Below, piece after piece: positions 8,002 through 20,941 of a DNA stretch of 25,550 nt. Position numbers and translations under genes: made by a program. How positions within the stretch are numbered: position 1 is the first letter of the stretch; the number at the start of each line of letters is the position of its first letter. The notes beneath the pieces were generated by a model. That model was not told the origin of the DNA and made no database searches. It saw only the letters and a list, made by a program, of their open reading frames with translations. The stretch comes from Gammaproteobacteria bacterium. Its GTDB lineage: Bacteria; Pseudomonadota; Gammaproteobacteria; Acidiferrobacterales; UBA6901. The DNA is taken from contig JAYUBZ010000134.1 of assembly GCA_043740595.1 (NCBI GenBank), positions 1 through 25,550 of the forward strand. Direction: 5' to 3'.

Positions 8002-8040
8002 TCTGACAACACCGTCGTGCGTCTACTCAAGACGCTCGTG

Positions 8041-10488
<2,448 letters not shown>

Positions 10489-10539
10489 TTTTTATCTTCT
10501 ACTTTCCTCTATTTAGCGGCCTTGTTCCGCGGAATGTAA

Positions 10540-11619
10540 TCAGGTTGCTTCTTCGATACCACCTCGTTCCACGTGAAACACTTTGTGCGATAACCAGCCC
10601 TGGGTGTCCACCAAACCTGCCTCGGTGGCGGTAATAAATACCTGTAGAGACATGCTGGAGAGGGTGTGCATGAGCTGTTGTCGGTGTCGTGGATCCAGTT
10701 CAGCCGCAAGGTCGTCAATCAATACTACGCAGTGACGACGGGTTTTTTGAGTAAAGATTTCCATTTGAGCCAGGCGTAACGCGATCACCAATAATTTCTG
10801 CTGGCCATGGGAGGCACTGATACGGGCAGGTTGGCCGGAAAAAGAGAGGCCTATGTCGGCACGGTGCGGCCCGGAGTGGGTGCTGCCGGTTTGTAAATCC
10901 CGCCCACGCTCTTTGTGTAGTGTTTGATCCAAACCGATGTCGGACTCCCAGCCCTGCTTAAGTTCAATTTCTGCTTCAGAAACGCCCAGGAGATGAAAAC
11001 AATAGTGTTGAAAACGACTATTCCATTCTTCAAGAAACTGACGGCGGTAGGCCTGTAGGCGTTCGCCGGATTCCACCAGTTCCGGATCCCAAGCAAAACA
11101 CGCCTTAGGGAGTTGGCGGGCCTTCAGGGCCGCATTGCGTTGGTTGAGCGTCCGCTGATAGCGCATCCAGTGGCCATAAAAATCTGGTTCCACGTGAAAC
11201 ACCCCCCAATCCAATATCCCCCGGCGGTGTCGTGTATTAGTAAAAAATTGGAAATGACTATCAGGAGAAATAATTTGCAAGGGCAGGGTGCGTGCCAACA
11301 AAGAGGCGCTTGGTTGGGGGCTGCCCCCCAGGCTGAAACGCGAGTGTTGGGTATCACGTTGTAGCGCTAAGCGGGTTGCGGGAACGCCATCGTCATAAAA
11401 CTGCCCACTTACTAGAAAAGCAGGCGAGCTGTGTCGAATGAGTTGATTTAGGAGGGTTGTGCGAAAGCTGCGGCCTGTTCCTAGAAGATGTATAGCTTCG
11501 AGTAGGCTGGTTTTCCCACTGGCGTTATGACCAACAATCAGGTTAAGGCGGAGAGCGGGCGCAAGTCGGATTTTCTCGAAAAGGCGAAAGTGCTCCACTT
11601 CAAGCAAAGTTAGAGGCAT
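10540..11619 (-). CDS. recF: DNA replication/repair protein RecF
   Basis: GHNASGKTSLLEAI (Walker A), LDWGVFH, GPHRAD, SHGQQK, LIDDLAAELD; sits between dnaN and gyrB. Confidence 0.97.
   Translation of the reverse strand: MPLTLLEVEHFRLFEKIRLAPALRLNLIVGHNASGKTSLLEAIHLLGTGRSFRTTLLNQLIRHSSPAFLVSGQFYDDGVPATRLALQRDTQHSRFSLGGSPQPSASLLARTLPLQIISPDSHFQFFTNTRHRRGILDWGVFHVEPDFYGHWMRYQRTLNQRNAALKARQLPKACFAWDPELVESGERLQAYRRQFLEEWNSRFQHYCFHLLGVSEAEIELKQGWESDIGLDQTLHKERGRDLQTGSTHSGPHRADIGLSFSGQPARISASHGQQKLLVIALRLAQMEIFTQKTRRHCVVLIDDLAAELDPRHRQQLMHTLSSMSLQVFITATEAGLVDTQGWLSHKVFHVERGGIEEAT
10565..10580. other. parS centromere site 1, inside recF
   Basis: CGTTCCACGTGAAACA versus consensus TGTTTCACGTGAAACA; encodes VFHVER on the minus strand. 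Confidence 0.85.
11186..11201. other. parS centromere site 2, inside recF
   Basis: GGTTCCACGTGAAACA; encodes VFHVEP on the minus strand; 621 bp from site 1. Confidence 0.85.
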
Positions 11620-11658
11620 TGATGAATCGTGTAAAAGGCTGCTGGTTTCCCTGGAACC

Positions 11659-12759
11659 TCATAAACGCATGGGCATAACCACATATTGATAGCGATGCTC
11701 TGAGGGGCTACGCAGTGTGCAACTGCTGTTTGGGTCCGATAACCCAAATTCGACCACTGATGAGTCGAGGGCGCTGATTGCATCGATGATGTAGGTTACG
11801 TTAAAACCAATATCCAATTCGTTCCCCTGATAATCGATGGCTAACTCTTCTTGTGCCTCCTCTTGTTCTGGATTGTGTGCGGTGACCCGAAGGATGCCTG
11901 GGCTAATACTGAAGCGCACACCGCGATACTTTTCGTTCGACAGAATGGCGGCTCGATTGAGTGTTTCTTTAAACAAATCCCGATCCAGCTTTAGAAGTAT
12001 TGTCTGTTTTTGCGGTACAACCTTATTGTAATCCGGGAAGCGACCGTCGATAAGTTTGGAGGTAAACACCAAGTCAGTAAATACCACGCGTATGTGATTG
12101 TTGCCCAACAGAACATCGACGGTCTCATCGCTGCTTTCTAAAAACCGCGTCAGCTCCTGGACACCTTTACGCGGCACAATCACCTGCTTGTCACTGTCAC
12201 TTTGCGTTGTGATGCTGGACTCACTCATAGCCATGCGGTGGCCATCGGTGGCCACCGCGCGTAGTTTGTCAGCGCCGACTTCCAGCAAGAGACCGTTCAA
12301 GTAATAACGAACATCCTGTTGCGCCATGCAAAACTGGGTTTTTTCCAGCAATTCTTTCAGCGCTTTTTGCGGAAGCGTGATGCTGCGCTCCCACTGTGAG
12401 ACCTCGATGCTTGGGAAATCCGAGGCAGGCAATACCATCAGGGTGAAACGGCTGCGGCCGGATTTAATCACGACCTTTTCCTTTTCCAACTTGATTTCAA
12501 TTTTGGCCTGAGACGGAAGCGCGCGACAAATATCCAACAGCTTGCGTGCGGGCACCGTGAGTTCGCCATTAACCCCTTGCGCGGATCGTGTCTTCACGAT
12601 GACCTCTACCTCAAGGTCGGTGCCCACCAAAGAAAGTTCGCCCTCGTGCAAACGAACTAACACATTCGACAAAATAGGTAAGGTCTGGCGCCGTTCGACC
12701 ACGCCCGCTACAAACGAGAGGGGTTTGAGAAGGTCTTCGCGCAGGATACTAAGTTGCAT
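11659..12759 (-). CDS. dnaN: DNA polymerase III beta sliding clamp, 366 aa
   Basis: VVERRQTLPILSNVL, TDLEVE, QQDVRYYLNG, ATDGHRM, SKLIDGRFPDY, YVVMPMRL. ATG 12759 is preferred (GGA upstream, canonical length); ATG 12771 is an alternative. Confidence 0.98.
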   Translation of the reverse strand: MQLSILREDLLKPLSFVAGVVERRQTLPILSNVLVRLHEGELSLVGTDLEVEVIVKTRSAQGVNGELTVPARKLLDICRALPSQAKIEIKLEKEKVVIKSGRSRFTLMVLPASDFPSIEVSQWERSITLPQKALKELLEKTQFCMAQQDVRYYLNGLLLEVGADKLRAVATDGHRMAMSESSITTQSDSDKQVIVPRKGVQELTRFLESSDETVDVLLGNNHIRVVFTDLVFTSKLIDGRFPDYNKVVPQKQTILLKLDRDLFKETLNRAAILSNEKYRGVRFSISPGILRVTAHNPEQEEAQEELAIDYQGNELDIGFNVTYIIDAISALDSSVVEFGLSDPNSSCTLRSPSEHRYQYVVMPMRL

Positions 12760-12771
12760 AGTCTGTTCCAT

Positions 12772-12996
12772 TATTGGTTTATAGGTTTTATTTAAAAACT
12801 TATAGTAATAACTATTATGTCGGTCTTGGCATGTGGGTAAGGCAATATTTCTTTACTAAAACAAAGAGTTAAAAGTTTCAAACCCTGTTGATAACCCCTT
12901 ATGAGCACTGTGTACATGGCCGGGATAAACATGAGCAACTCTGAGTGAGCCGGTATTATAGTGAGTTATCCACATTCCAGCGCACACATTTCCACA
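12772..12996. other. Probable chromosomal replication origin (oriC) in the dnaN-dnaA intergenic region
   Basis: Perfect TTATCCACA at 12966-12974. One-mismatch boxes TGTGGGTAA (12832-12840), TGTTGATAA (12886-12894) and ATTTCCACA (12988-12996). Very AT-rich 12772-12820 with TAG-TAA-TAA trio-like repeats (12803-12811). Confidence 0.75.
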
Positions 12997-14328
12997 TCAA
13001 GTTGTGAGTATCCTGAGTAAGTTGGAATAGTCCTCTCGGATGCGCATATTGGACTCATTAAGCTCAACCACTTTACGGCAGGCATGCAGTACTGTCGTGT
13101 GATCACGGCCTCCAAAGGCGTCACCAATTTCCGGAAGACTGTGGCTGGTGAGTTCTTTGGATAAAGCCATGGCAAGCTGCCGTGGTCGCACCACCTGGCG
13201 CGCACGGTTTTTAGAGTGCAGGTCAGAAACACGGATCTTAAAATACTCTGCCACCGTCTTTTGAATATTGTTGATGGTAACCAAGCGCTCTTGAAACGCC
13301 AAAAGATCTTTCAAGCCTTCGCTGGCAAGGTTCATATCAATGGGTCGCCCGGTAAAAGCAGCACTGGCCACCACCCGGCGAAATGCACCTTCCAGCTCGC
13401 GCACATTGGAGCGCACACGCTTGGCAATAAAAAATGCAACCTCCTCTGGCAGTTTCAAACCCTCATGCTGAGCCTTCTTCATCAGGATCGCTACGCGTGT
13501 TTCCAATTCCGGTGGGTCAATAGAAACCGTCAAGCCACAGCCAAAGCGTGATATCAGACGTTCTTCAACACCCACCAACTCTTTCGGAAAACGGTCTGCA
13601 GTAATGATGACCTGCCGTTGGCCTTCGAGTAAATTGTTGAAGGTGTGAAAGAACTCCTCTTGCGAGCGTTCCTTACCGACAAAAAATTGAATGTCATCGA
13701 TAAGCAGAGCATCGAGCGTGCGGTAGTGTTTTTTGAAATCGTTAATCGCATTGTGCTGCAGGGCCTTCACCATATCGGCGACAAAACGTTCAGAATGAAC
13801 ATAAGCGACCCGTGCCTGAGGTTGCCGCTCCATCATCATTTGGCCCGCCGCATGCATCAGATGGGTTTTACCCAAACCCACACCGCCATAGATGAACAGG
13901 GGATTGTAGGCACCCCCTGGGTTTTCACCAACCTGACGCGCTGCCGCACGGGCCAGCTGATTGGATTTTCCCTCAATATGGGTATCAAAAGTGAAATCCG
14001 GGTTGAGTCGACCTGCCTGTTGCAAAGGCCGCTTGGCGGGACGCAACGGCGCTGATGTAGCGGTGACAGCGGGAACAGGTACATGCTCCGAAGACCGGCT
14101 GCCTATTTCGATAGCGACAGGCACATCCCGGTCCAGGTATTGCGCGGCAATTTCGGCGATGCGAGCCAGAAAGCGCTCTCGCACCCAGTCCATCACAAAG
14201 CGATTCGGGGCAAGCAGGCGCAGGCCGTCGCCTTCCGCCACAGCATGTAGAGGGCGAATCCAGGTATTAAACTGTTGTGCTGACAGCTCTTCTTCCAACC
14301 GTTCCAGGCACTTAGTCCAAAGTATCAT
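12997..14328 (-). CDS. dnaA: Chromosomal replication initiator DnaA
   Basis: [64 protein letters not shown]; 443 aa. Confidence 0.99.
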   Translation of the reverse strand: MILWTKCLERLEEELSAQQFNTWIRPLHAVAEGDGLRLLAPNRFVMDWVRERFLARIAEIAAQYLDRDVPVAIEIGSRSSEHVPVPAVTATSAPLRPAKRPLQQAGRLNPDFTFDTHIEGKSNQLARAAARQVGENPGGAYNPLFIYGGVGLGKTHLMHAAGQMMMERQPQARVAYVHSERFVADMVKALQHNAINDFKKHYRTLDALLIDDIQFFVGKERSQEEFFHTFNNLLEGQRQVIITADRFPKELVGVEERLISRFGCGLTVSIDPPELETRVAILMKKAQHEGLKLPEEVAFFIAKRVRSNVRELEGAFRRVVASAAFTGRPIDMNLASEGLKDLLAFQERLVTINNIQKTVAEYFKIRVSDLHSKNRARQVVRPRQLAMALSKELTSHSLPEIGDAFGGRDHTTVLHACRKVVELNESNMRIREDYSNLLRILTT

Positions 14329-14400
14329 GCAGGCTCACACTCGCTTAGCCGAAAGACAGATCCCAGCCAGGACCGGCGAGTCTAACGGTTGAGGCTAATG

Positions 14401-14409
14401 TTATCCACA
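14401..14409 (+). promoter_or_regulatory. DnaA box in the dnaA-rpmH divergent promoter region (likely dnaA autoregulation)
   Basis: Perfect TTATCCACA 72 nt upstream of the dnaA start; it overlaps the -35 position of a candidate dnaA promoter with -10 TAGACT. Confidence 0.7.
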
Positions 14410-14458
14410 GCAAACCTGGACCTCCGCCAGGGTATTGATCTTTAGTGGAAATTTAAGG

Positions 14459-14487
14459 TTGACAGGGTGCGGTAAAGGCAGTAACTT
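14459..14487 (+). promoter_or_regulatory. sigma70 promoter of the rpmH-rnpA-yidD-yidC unit
   Basis: TTGACA (14459-14464), 17 nt spacer, TAACTT (14482-14487), then GC-rich discriminator TGCCGCCC. Confidence 0.75.
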
Positions 14488-14527
14488 TGCCGCCCTTTCC
14501 GTTCAACGAAAATGAAGCAGGCATCAG

Positions 14528-14662
14528 ATGAAGAGAACTTACCAACCCGGCGTGTTAAAGCGCAAGCGCACCCACGGATTCCGCGCAAGAATGGCCACGC
14601 CTGGCGGACGCGCCGTAATTCGTGCCCGCCGCGCCAAAGGCCGCACCAGACTCAGCGCCTGA
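14528..14662 (+). CDS. rpmH: 50S ribosomal protein L34 (bL34), 44 aa; missing from the ORF track
   Basis: Hand translation: [44 protein letters not shown]; canonical position. Confidence 0.98.
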   Translation: MKRTYQPGVLKRKRTHGFRARMATPGGRAVIRARRAKGRTRLSA

Positions 14663-14664
14663 GC

Positions 14665-15030
14665 TTGCTGACACCGCGGCTGGGGTTGCCGAAGGCAAGT
14701 CGCCTCTTGGCCAGCACGGGATTTACCACGGTGCTGCGGGGTGGGAAAAAAACCAATGACGCACTATTCAGTGTCTACACCGCCCCCAACCAGCTGTCCC
14801 AAGCCCGCCTGGGCATCACCGTCTCGCGCAAGGTCTCATCCCGCGCGGTACAAAGAAACCGCATTAAGCGACAGGTAAGGGAGTCATTCCGCCAACATCG
14901 ACTAACGTTGTGCGGTGTGGACTTGGTGGTCATCGCCCGACCCCAGGCCGCCGATAGCGACAACAAAACGCTTAAGGCCGCACTGCAACAACATTGGGAA
15001 AGAATACAACGGCAATGCAGAAGCTCCTGA
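14665..15030 (+). CDS. rnpA: Ribonuclease P protein component
   Basis: [30 protein letters not shown] (RNR motif), DLVVIAR. Probable TTG start just after the rpmH stop; exact start uncertain. Confidence 0.93.
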   Translation: MLTPRLGLPKASRLLASTGFTTVLRGGKKTNDALFSVYTAPNQLSQARLGITVSRKVSSRAVQRNRIKRQVRESFRQHRLTLCGVDLVVIARPQAADSDNKTLKAALQQHWERIQRQCRSS

Positions 15031-15263
15031 TGCTACTGATACGCGGCTACCGCACCCTGATCAGCCCACTCTTGGGCAACCATTGCCGTTTCTATCCCAG
15101 TTGTTCCCACTACGCCTACGATGCCATCCAACACCACGGCGCTTTAAAAGGCAGCTGGCTTGCTAGCACACGCCTGCTGCGCTGCCACCCTTGGCATCCC
15201 GGTGGCTATGACCCCGTGCCCCCACCGACCCAGAAGAGCGGAACAAAAACCCACCATGGATAA
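15015..15263 (+). CDS. yidD: Membrane protein insertion efficiency factor YidD
   Basis: [27 protein letters not shown]...[17 protein letters not shown]; overlaps the rnpA end and the yidC start. Confidence 0.95.
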   Translation: MQKLLMLLIRGYRTLISPLLGNHCRFYPSCSHYAYDAIQHHGALKGSWLASTRLLRCHPWHPGGYDPVPPPTQKSGTKTHHG

Positions 15264-16908
15264 CCAACGACTCATTCTTTTTCTAGCCCTTTCCATGGTT
15301 CTCATGTTGTTGTGGCAGGCGTGGGAAGAACAACATGCGCCACCACCACCCATCGCCATGACCGCGCCCGCGCCCGGTCAGCCGACAGGCAACCATGGCG
15401 ATGTACCGGCACCCCCCAAGACCGCTGATGGCACGCTGCCCCCGACACCGCGCGCGGACGTCGCCGTTGTCCAAAGCGGAAAGCGCATCACCGTCACCAC
15501 GGATCTTTATATTGCAGAAATCGACACCCTCGGCGGCGATCTGCGGCGCCTGGGATTACGCAAACAGCCCGTTAGCATTAGTCAGCCGGAGGTCCCCTTC
15601 GAACTATTGTCCGAATCCGGTACGGATATTTTTCTCACCCAGACCGGACTGGTTGCCCACAACGCCGATTTGCCGAATCACAAATCGACCTATAACGTGG
15701 TCAAAGACCAATATGTCCTGGAGCCAGGGCAGGACAGCATACAGGTGCCTTTGTCCTGGAGCGGACCCGACGGTTTGAGCGTGGTGAAGACCTTCACTTT
15801 TCATCGGGACAGCTACGCGGTGAAGCTGGACTACGCCATCCATAATGCCGGCAAGAAGACGGTGGACGCCTATTTTTACGCTCAATTATTGCGTAGCTAT
15901 GTGCAACAACATAGCCTGCTGAGTGCTGCACCCAGCTATGTAGGCGCGGCCATTTACTCCCCGGAAAAAAAGTACGAGAAGATTACCTTCGACGAGATGA
16001 CCAAGAAGCCCTTGGAGCGCGAGGTCAAGGGCGGATGGGTAGCGATGTTGCAGCACTATTTTGTCGGCGCATGGATGCCGCCGGCGGACAGCACCGACAC
16101 CTTCTACGGCAAAACGCTGAACGACGGCCTGCACGTCATTGGCTACAAAACGGCTAACCCCAGCAAGGTCTTGCCGGGACAAGACGTGGATATCAGCACC
16201 ACCCTGTATGCCGGCCCGAAGGAACACAAGCGCCTGCTCAGGCAAGCGGAAGGCATGACGCTCACCGTTGACTACGGCTGGCTGACCATTATCGCCTCGC
16301 CGTTGTTTATACTGCTGCACTACATCCATAGCTGGGTCGGGAACTGGGGTTGGTCCATCATCCTGGTCACTATCCTCATCAAGCTGGTGTTCTATCCCCT
16401 TTCTGCCGCCAGTTACAAGTCTATGGCGAACATGCGCCGGGTACAGCCGAAGATGCAAAGCATCAAGGAACGTTACCCCGACGACAAACAGAAACAACAG
16501 CAGGCCATGATGGAGTTGTATAAAACCGAGAAGATCAATCCCTTGGGTGGTTGTCTGCCCATCGCAATACAGATACCGGTATTCATCTCGCTTTACTGGG
16601 TGCTGCTGGAGAGTGTGGAAATGCGCCAGGCGCCTTTCGCACTTTGGATCCATGACCTGTCGTCCGCCGATCCGTACTTTGTGCTGCCGGTCTTGATGGG
16701 CATCAGCATGCTGGTGACACAACTGCTGAGTCCGCAGATGGGCGATCCGCTGCAACGCAAGGTCATGATGGCCCTGCCCGTGGTGTTCACGGTATTTTTT
16801 GCCTTCTTCCCGGCGGGGCTGGTGCTTTACTGGGTGGTGCAGAATCTCTTGTCCATTGCGCAGCAGTGGATGATCACCCGACAGGTTGCGGCAAGCGGCA
16901 AGAAATAA
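15256..16908 (+). CDS. yidC: Membrane protein insertase YidC, 550 aa
   Basis: [13 protein letters not shown]-terminal [44 protein letters not shown]. Start reassigned to the ATG at 15256. Confidence 0.97.
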   Translation: MDNQRLILFLALSMVLMLLWQAWEEQHAPPPPIAMTAPAPGQPTGNHGDVPAPPKTADGTLPPTPRADVAVVQSGKRITVTTDLYIAEIDTLGGDLRRLGLRKQPVSISQPEVPFELLSESGTDIFLTQTGLVAHNADLPNHKSTYNVVKDQYVLEPGQDSIQVPLSWSGPDGLSVVKTFTFHRDSYAVKLDYAIHNAGKKTVDAYFYAQLLRSYVQQHSLLSAAPSYVGAAIYSPEKKYEKITFDEMTKKPLEREVKGGWVAMLQHYFVGAWMPPADSTDTFYGKTLNDGLHVIGYKTANPSKVLPGQDVDISTTLYAGPKEHKRLLRQAEGMTLTVDYGWLTIIASPLFILLHYIHSWVGNWGWSIILVTILIKLVFYPLSAASYKSMANMRRVQPKMQSIKERYPDDKQKQQQAMMELYKTEKINPLGGCLPIAIQIPVFISLYWVLLESVEMRQAPFALWIHDLSSADPYFVLPVLMGISMLVTQLLSPQMGDPLQRKVMMALPVVFTVFFAFFPAGLVLYWVVQNLLSIAQQWMITRQVAASGKK

Positions 16909-16928
16909 CCCGCCTACCCCGACACGTC

Positions 16929-18308
16929 ATGCATAAGCCGACACGCGCCACCGCCGACACCATCGCTGCGGTGGCCACGGCGGCGGGACGGGGCGGCGTG
17001 GGCATGCTGCGTATCTCGGGTGCGCTCACCCGGTTCCTGGCCGAACAACTCATCGGCGCGCTTCCTGTACCGCGCCATGCCACCCTTGCCACCTGGATCG
17101 ATAGCGCGGGTAACCCCATCGATCAAGGCCTGGCGCTGTATTTCCCCGCCCCCCGCTCTTTTACGGGTGAGGATGTTCTGGAGCTGCAGGGCCACGGTGG
17201 CCCAGTGGTGCTGGACCTGCTACTGCGCCGGGTGCTGGAACTCGGCGCACGCGCCGCGCGCCCCGGGGAATTTTCGGAAAGGGCGTTTCTCAATGGCAAG
17301 CTCGACCTCGCCCAGGCGGAGGCTATCGCTGACCTTATTGAGAGTGGTTCGGAAGCCGCCGCCCGCGCCGCCCTGCGCTCCCTCACGGGGGAGTTTTCCC
17401 GCCAGGTGCATGCCCTGGTGGAATCCCTGATTGCTTTACGCTTACACATCGAAGCGGCCATCGATTTTCCCGAGGAGGAGATCGATTTCCTGGCGGACGC
17501 TACCCTGGCCGAGCGCTGTGCGCAGCTGCAGGGACAGATGGCCGCCCTCGTGGCCAATACACGCCAAGGCTGTTTGTTGCGCGAAGGCATGACGGTGGTC
17601 CTGGCGGGGCGTCCGAATGCGGGTAAATCCAGCCTGCTTAACGCATTGGCCGGGCGCGATAGCGCCATCGTCAGCGCCACCCCCGGCACCACGCGGGATG
17701 TGCTGCGGGAATACCTGCAGATCGATGGCATGCCCCTGCATCTGATCGACACCGCTGGGCTACGCGTCACCACGGATGACATTGAAGGGGAGGGCGTGCG
17801 TCGGGCGCAGCGCGCCATGCGGCAGGCGGACCGCATATTACTTCTGCTGGATGATGCCCAAGGGGAGTCGGTCACCAACACCGGTTTGCTCGACCAGCTG
17901 CCGGCGTCCATCCCCTACACCCTCGTGTATAACAAAATCGATTTGACCGGCCGCGCCCCGGGCATGGGTTCGGGGCAGGATCCCAACGGCACCGACAGCG
18001 GCATAGCGATCGGCGTGTCCGCCCAGTACAGCACGGGGCTGGAGGTGTTGCGCGCACACCTCAAGGAATGCATGGGGTTTCAGAATGCCGAGGCGGGCGC
18101 ATTCAGTGCCCGGCGCCGGCACCTCGATGCCATCGGGCGGGCGCAGGCGCACGGCGGGCAAGCCCTGCAACAGCTTCAGCAAAAGCGCGGCGAGTTGGCA
18201 GCGGAGGAGCTGCGTCTGGCACAACAGGCCCTGGGAGAGGTCACTGGTGAGTTCACCTCGGACGATTTATTAGGGCGTATCTTCAGCAGTTTTTGCATCG
18301 GCAAGTAA
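16929..18308 (+). CDS. mnmE: tRNA modification GTPase MnmE (TrmE)
   Basis: [65 protein letters not shown]-terminal FSSFCIGK. Probable start ATG 16929. Confidence 0.97.
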   Translation: MHKPTRATADTIAAVATAAGRGGVGMLRISGALTRFLAEQLIGALPVPRHATLATWIDSAGNPIDQGLALYFPAPRSFTGEDVLELQGHGGPVVLDLLLRRVLELGARAARPGEFSERAFLNGKLDLAQAEAIADLIESGSEAAARAALRSLTGEFSRQVHALVESLIALRLHIEAAIDFPEEEIDFLADATLAERCAQLQGQMAALVANTRQGCLLREGMTVVLAGRPNAGKSSLLNALAGRDSAIVSATPGTTRDVLREYLQIDGMPLHLIDTAGLRVTTDDIEGEGVRRAQRAMRQADRILLLLDDAQGESVTNTGLLDQLPASIPYTLVYNKIDLTGRAPGMGSGQDPNGTDSGIAIGVSAQYSTGLEVLRAHLKECMGFQNAEAGAFSARRRHLDAIGRAQAHGGQALQQLQQKRGELAAEELRLAQQALGEVTGEFTSDDLLGRIFSSFCIGK

Positions 18309-18337
18309 ACCGACACCGCACCCGTCCACTGCCTCCT

Positions 18338-18366
18338 TTGTATGCAAATTTAACCAGTGATAAGAT
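18338..18366 (+). promoter_or_regulatory. Putative sigma70 promoter of mnmG
   Basis: TTGTAT (18338-18343), 17 nt spacer, TAAGAT (18361-18366), then GC-rich discriminator TCCGCGCCCC. Confidence 0.6.
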
Positions 18367-18393
18367 TCCGCGCCCCAGTCTGCGGCCACGGCC

Positions 18394-20271
18394 ATGTCCA
18401 TGCAGTATTCAGAATCCTATGATGTCATCGTGATCGGCGGCGGCCATGCCGGCACCGAGGCCGCGGCGGCCAGCGCGCGCATGGGATGCCGTACCCTGCT
18501 CCTCACCCACAATATCGAAACCCTTGGCCAGATGTCGTGCAACCCGGCCATTGGCGGTATCGGTAAGGGCCACCTGGTGAAAGAGATCGACGCCCTCGGT
18601 GGCGTCATGGCCCGTGCCGCGGATCGTGCCGGCATCCAGTTCCGCATTCTTAACTCGCGCAAGGGCCCGGCGGTGCGCGCCACCCGCGCCCAGGCGGACC
18701 GCGTGTTGTATAAAGCCGCAGTGCGCCGGGTGCTGGAGAACCAGGAAAACCTCAGCCTGTTCCAGCAGGCGGTGGACGACCTCATTGTGGAGCAGGATCG
18801 GGTGGTGGGGGTGGTGACGCAGATGGGGCTCACCTTCCGCGCCCGTACCGTGGTGCTGACCACGGGCACCTTTCTCGGCGGATTGATCCACATCGGCCTG
18901 TCGAATTATCAGGGTGGGCGCGCCGGCGACCCGCCGGCCAATACGTTGTCCGCGCGATTACGGGAACTGGCGCTGCCCGTGGGGCGGCTCAAGACCGGCA
19001 CACCGCCGCGCATCGACGGGCGCAGCATCGACTACACGGTGATGCAGCCGCAACCGGGTGATACGCCGACACCGGTGTTCTCCTTCATGGGTGATCGATC
19101 GGAGCACCCGCGCCAGGTGCCCTGCCATATCACCTATACCAACGAGTCCACCCACGCCATCATCCGTGGCGGCCTCGATCGCTCGCCGATGTACGCCGGG
19201 GTGATTGAAGGCGTGGGCCCGCGCTATTGCCCCTCCGTGGAAGACAAGGTGGTGCGCTTCGCGGACAAGACTGCGCACCAGATCTTCGTTGAGCCCGAAG
19301 GCCTCGATACCCACGAGGTCTATCCCAACGGCATCTCCACCAGCCTGCCCTTCGATGTGCAGCACGCCTTGGTACGCTCCATCAAGGGTTTCGAAAACGC
19401 CCATATCACCCGCCCCGGTTATGCCATCGAGTACGACTACTTCGACCCGCGGGCACTGAAGCCGACCTTGGAGACCAAGGCGCTCGGTGGTTTGTTCTTC
19501 GCCGGTCAGATCAACGGCACCACCGGTTATGAAGAGGCTGCGGCCCAAGGCCTCATTGCCGGGATCAACGCCGCGCTACAGGTGAAGGATTTATCCCCTT
19601 GGTGGCCGCGGCGTGACCAAGCCTATATGGGCGTGCTCGTTGACGACCTCGTTACCCGTGGTGTGAGCGAACCCTACCGAATGTTTACCTCCCGCGCGGA
19701 ATACCGTTTGCTATTGCGGGAAGACAACGCGGATCTGCGCCTCACGGAAATCGGCCACCACCTCGGTCTCGTGGACGCCGATCGCTGGCAGCGATTTTGT
19801 GCCAAGTCGGCCTCCGTCAGCAGCGAACAGCAACGCCTGGCAAAGACCTGGATACGTCCGGAAACGACCGATGCACAGGAAATACAGCGTGTTTTCGGGC
19901 AGGAACTGGGACGTGAGTATTCACTCTTGGATTTACTGCGCCGCCCGGAAGTGGCCTATGCCAGCCTCATGACCCTGCCCGGTATCGGTCCGGGTGTTGC
20001 GGATCCCGCCGTGTCGGAACAGCTGGAGATCCAGGCCAAGTACGCAGGGTATATCGACCGCCAAACACACGAAATCGAAAAACACCTGCGCAACGAGGAA
20101 ACCCTGTTACCGACGGACATGGATTACACCACGGTGCGTGGGCTCTCCACGGAGGCGCGACAGAAATTAGTGGCCCAACGTCCCGTGACCCTGGGGCAGG
20201 CAGCGCGTATTTCCGGCGTCACACCGGCGGCCATCTCCTTGTTGCTGGTTCACCTGAAACGACGCGCCTAA
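18394..20271 (+). CDS. mnmG: tRNA uridine-5-carboxymethylaminomethyl modification enzyme MnmG (GidA)
   Basis: [79 protein letters not shown]; 625 aa. Confidence 0.99.
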   Translation: MSMQYSESYDVIVIGGGHAGTEAAAASARMGCRTLLLTHNIETLGQMSCNPAIGGIGKGHLVKEIDALGGVMARAADRAGIQFRILNSRKGPAVRATRAQADRVLYKAAVRRVLENQENLSLFQQAVDDLIVEQDRVVGVVTQMGLTFRARTVVLTTGTFLGGLIHIGLSNYQGGRAGDPPANTLSARLRELALPVGRLKTGTPPRIDGRSIDYTVMQPQPGDTPTPVFSFMGDRSEHPRQVPCHITYTNESTHAIIRGGLDRSPMYAGVIEGVGPRYCPSVEDKVVRFADKTAHQIFVEPEGLDTHEVYPNGISTSLPFDVQHALVRSIKGFENAHITRPGYAIEYDYFDPRALKPTLETKALGGLFFAGQINGTTGYEEAAAQGLIAGINAALQVKDLSPWWPRRDQAYMGVLVDDLVTRGVSEPYRMFTSRAEYRLLLREDNADLRLTEIGHHLGLVDADRWQRFCAKSASVSSEQQRLAKTWIRPETTDAQEIQRVFGQELGREYSLLDLLRRPEVAYASLMTLPGIGPGVADPAVSEQLEIQAKYAGYIDRQTHEIEKHLRNEETLLPTDMDYTTVRGLSTEARQKLVAQRPVTLGQAARISGVTPAAISLLLVHLKRRA

Positions 20272-20285
20272 TAATTTCTGGCAAT

Positions 20286-20322
20286 AAAAAACCCGGCACG
20301 CTATTCCCGTGCCGGGTTTTTT
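20286..20322. terminator. Bidirectional intrinsic terminator between convergent mnmG and the DUF2914 gene
   Basis: Perfect 15-bp inverted repeat AAAAAACCCGGCACG-(CTATTCC)-CGTGCCGGGTTTTTT with A/T tracts on both sides. Confidence 0.93.
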
Positions 20323-20335
20323 GCGACGAGCAGAT

Positions 20336-20887
20336 TTATTTGGTGGTAGCGGGTTCCGCCGGCATCGCCGGTGATGTCGCTGCGGCGGGGGCGGTTTCCG
20401 GGGCCGCGGCCTTCTCACTGGCAGTGTAGGTGAACGTCGACGCACTCAGGGTGCCGCCATTGGCATCCACCACCGAGACCTTCCACTCACCGGTCCAAGA
20501 CGGCTCCAGACGCTTGCTGGAGAACACGCGCCAGCGCGAGCTGCCCACATCAAATTTCACTTCCGCCATGACCTTGTTGTCGTGTTCCCAGCGGTGGGTC
20601 ACGGCTTGACCCTGCATCCCCTGGAGCTCGGTGAAGAAGGTGATATTCGTGACATCGTTGGTCAACGTGGAGAGGGTATCTGTGGGTTCACGGTCTTTGA
20701 TGCCGGTGGTGAAGACGGCGCGGGCAACCGTGCCATGGGTCTCGGCGGGGGCAGTCGCCGGTTCGGCGGGTGTCGCAGCGGCGGGCTTTACGGCTGTTGC
20801 ATCCTGGGCAGGCATCGGGGTTAGGTCGGCGGCCTGCGTCGCGCCAAAGGCCAACAGGCCCACCAGAGTGAAGAGTGCTTTTTTCAT
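20336..20887 (-). CDS. Secreted DUF2914-domain protein with Ala/Pro-rich linkers, 183 aa
   Basis: Signal peptide MKKALFTLVGLLAFGATQA and strong SD AGGAGG. Core VARAVFTTGIKDREP...FFTELQGMQGQAVTHRW...RWRVFSSK...WTGEWKVSVVD recognised as DUF2914. Confidence 0.82.
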   Translation of the reverse strand: MKKALFTLVGLLAFGATQAADLTPMPAQDATAVKPAAATPAEPATAPAETHGTVARAVFTTGIKDREPTDTLSTLTNDVTNITFFTELQGMQGQAVTHRWEHDNKVMAEVKFDVGSSRWRVFSSKRLEPSWTGEWKVSVVDANGGTLSASTFTYTASEKAAAPETAPAAATSPAMPAEPATTK

Positions 20888-20912
20888 TATATCCTCCTTG
20901 TAAAAGCGAATA

Positions 20913-20941
20913 AGAATACGATCAATTTTGCTCACGCGCAA
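20913..20941 (-). promoter_or_regulatory. Putative sigma70 promoter of the DUF2914 gene
   Basis: Minus strand TTGCGC (20941-20936), 17 nt spacer, TATTCT (20918-20913). Confidence 0.5.

Noticed and set aside
8019-8035. Hairpin GCGTCT-ACTCA-AGACGC between convergent apaG and gyrB as a terminator
   Set aside because: Short 6-bp stem with no U-tract on either strand.
11643-11658. parS-like TGGTTTCCCTGGAACC between recF and dnaN
   Set aside because: About four mismatches, including the central ACGT core; too degenerate to call.
15886-16755. 289-aa antisense ORF inside yidC, and similar long shadow ORFs (17123-17911, 21121-21936, 22033-22725, 24206-24841, 3172-3801)
   Set aside because: They lie fully opposite or overlap well-conserved genes, have no recognisable motifs, and are expected from GC-rich codon bias.
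14512-16928. ORF-track starts at 14512, 14994, 15160 and 16866 (also 4647, 7525, 20983, 23507, 2974)
   Set aside because: They are over-extended into upstream genes or intergenic DNA; downstream starts fit family N-termini and, in several cases, SD motifs better.
18309-18393. oriC next to mnmG (gidA), as in E. coli or Vibrio
   Set aside because: The 85-bp gap has no DnaA boxes, AT-rich 13-mers or GATC cluster; it contains only a promoter.
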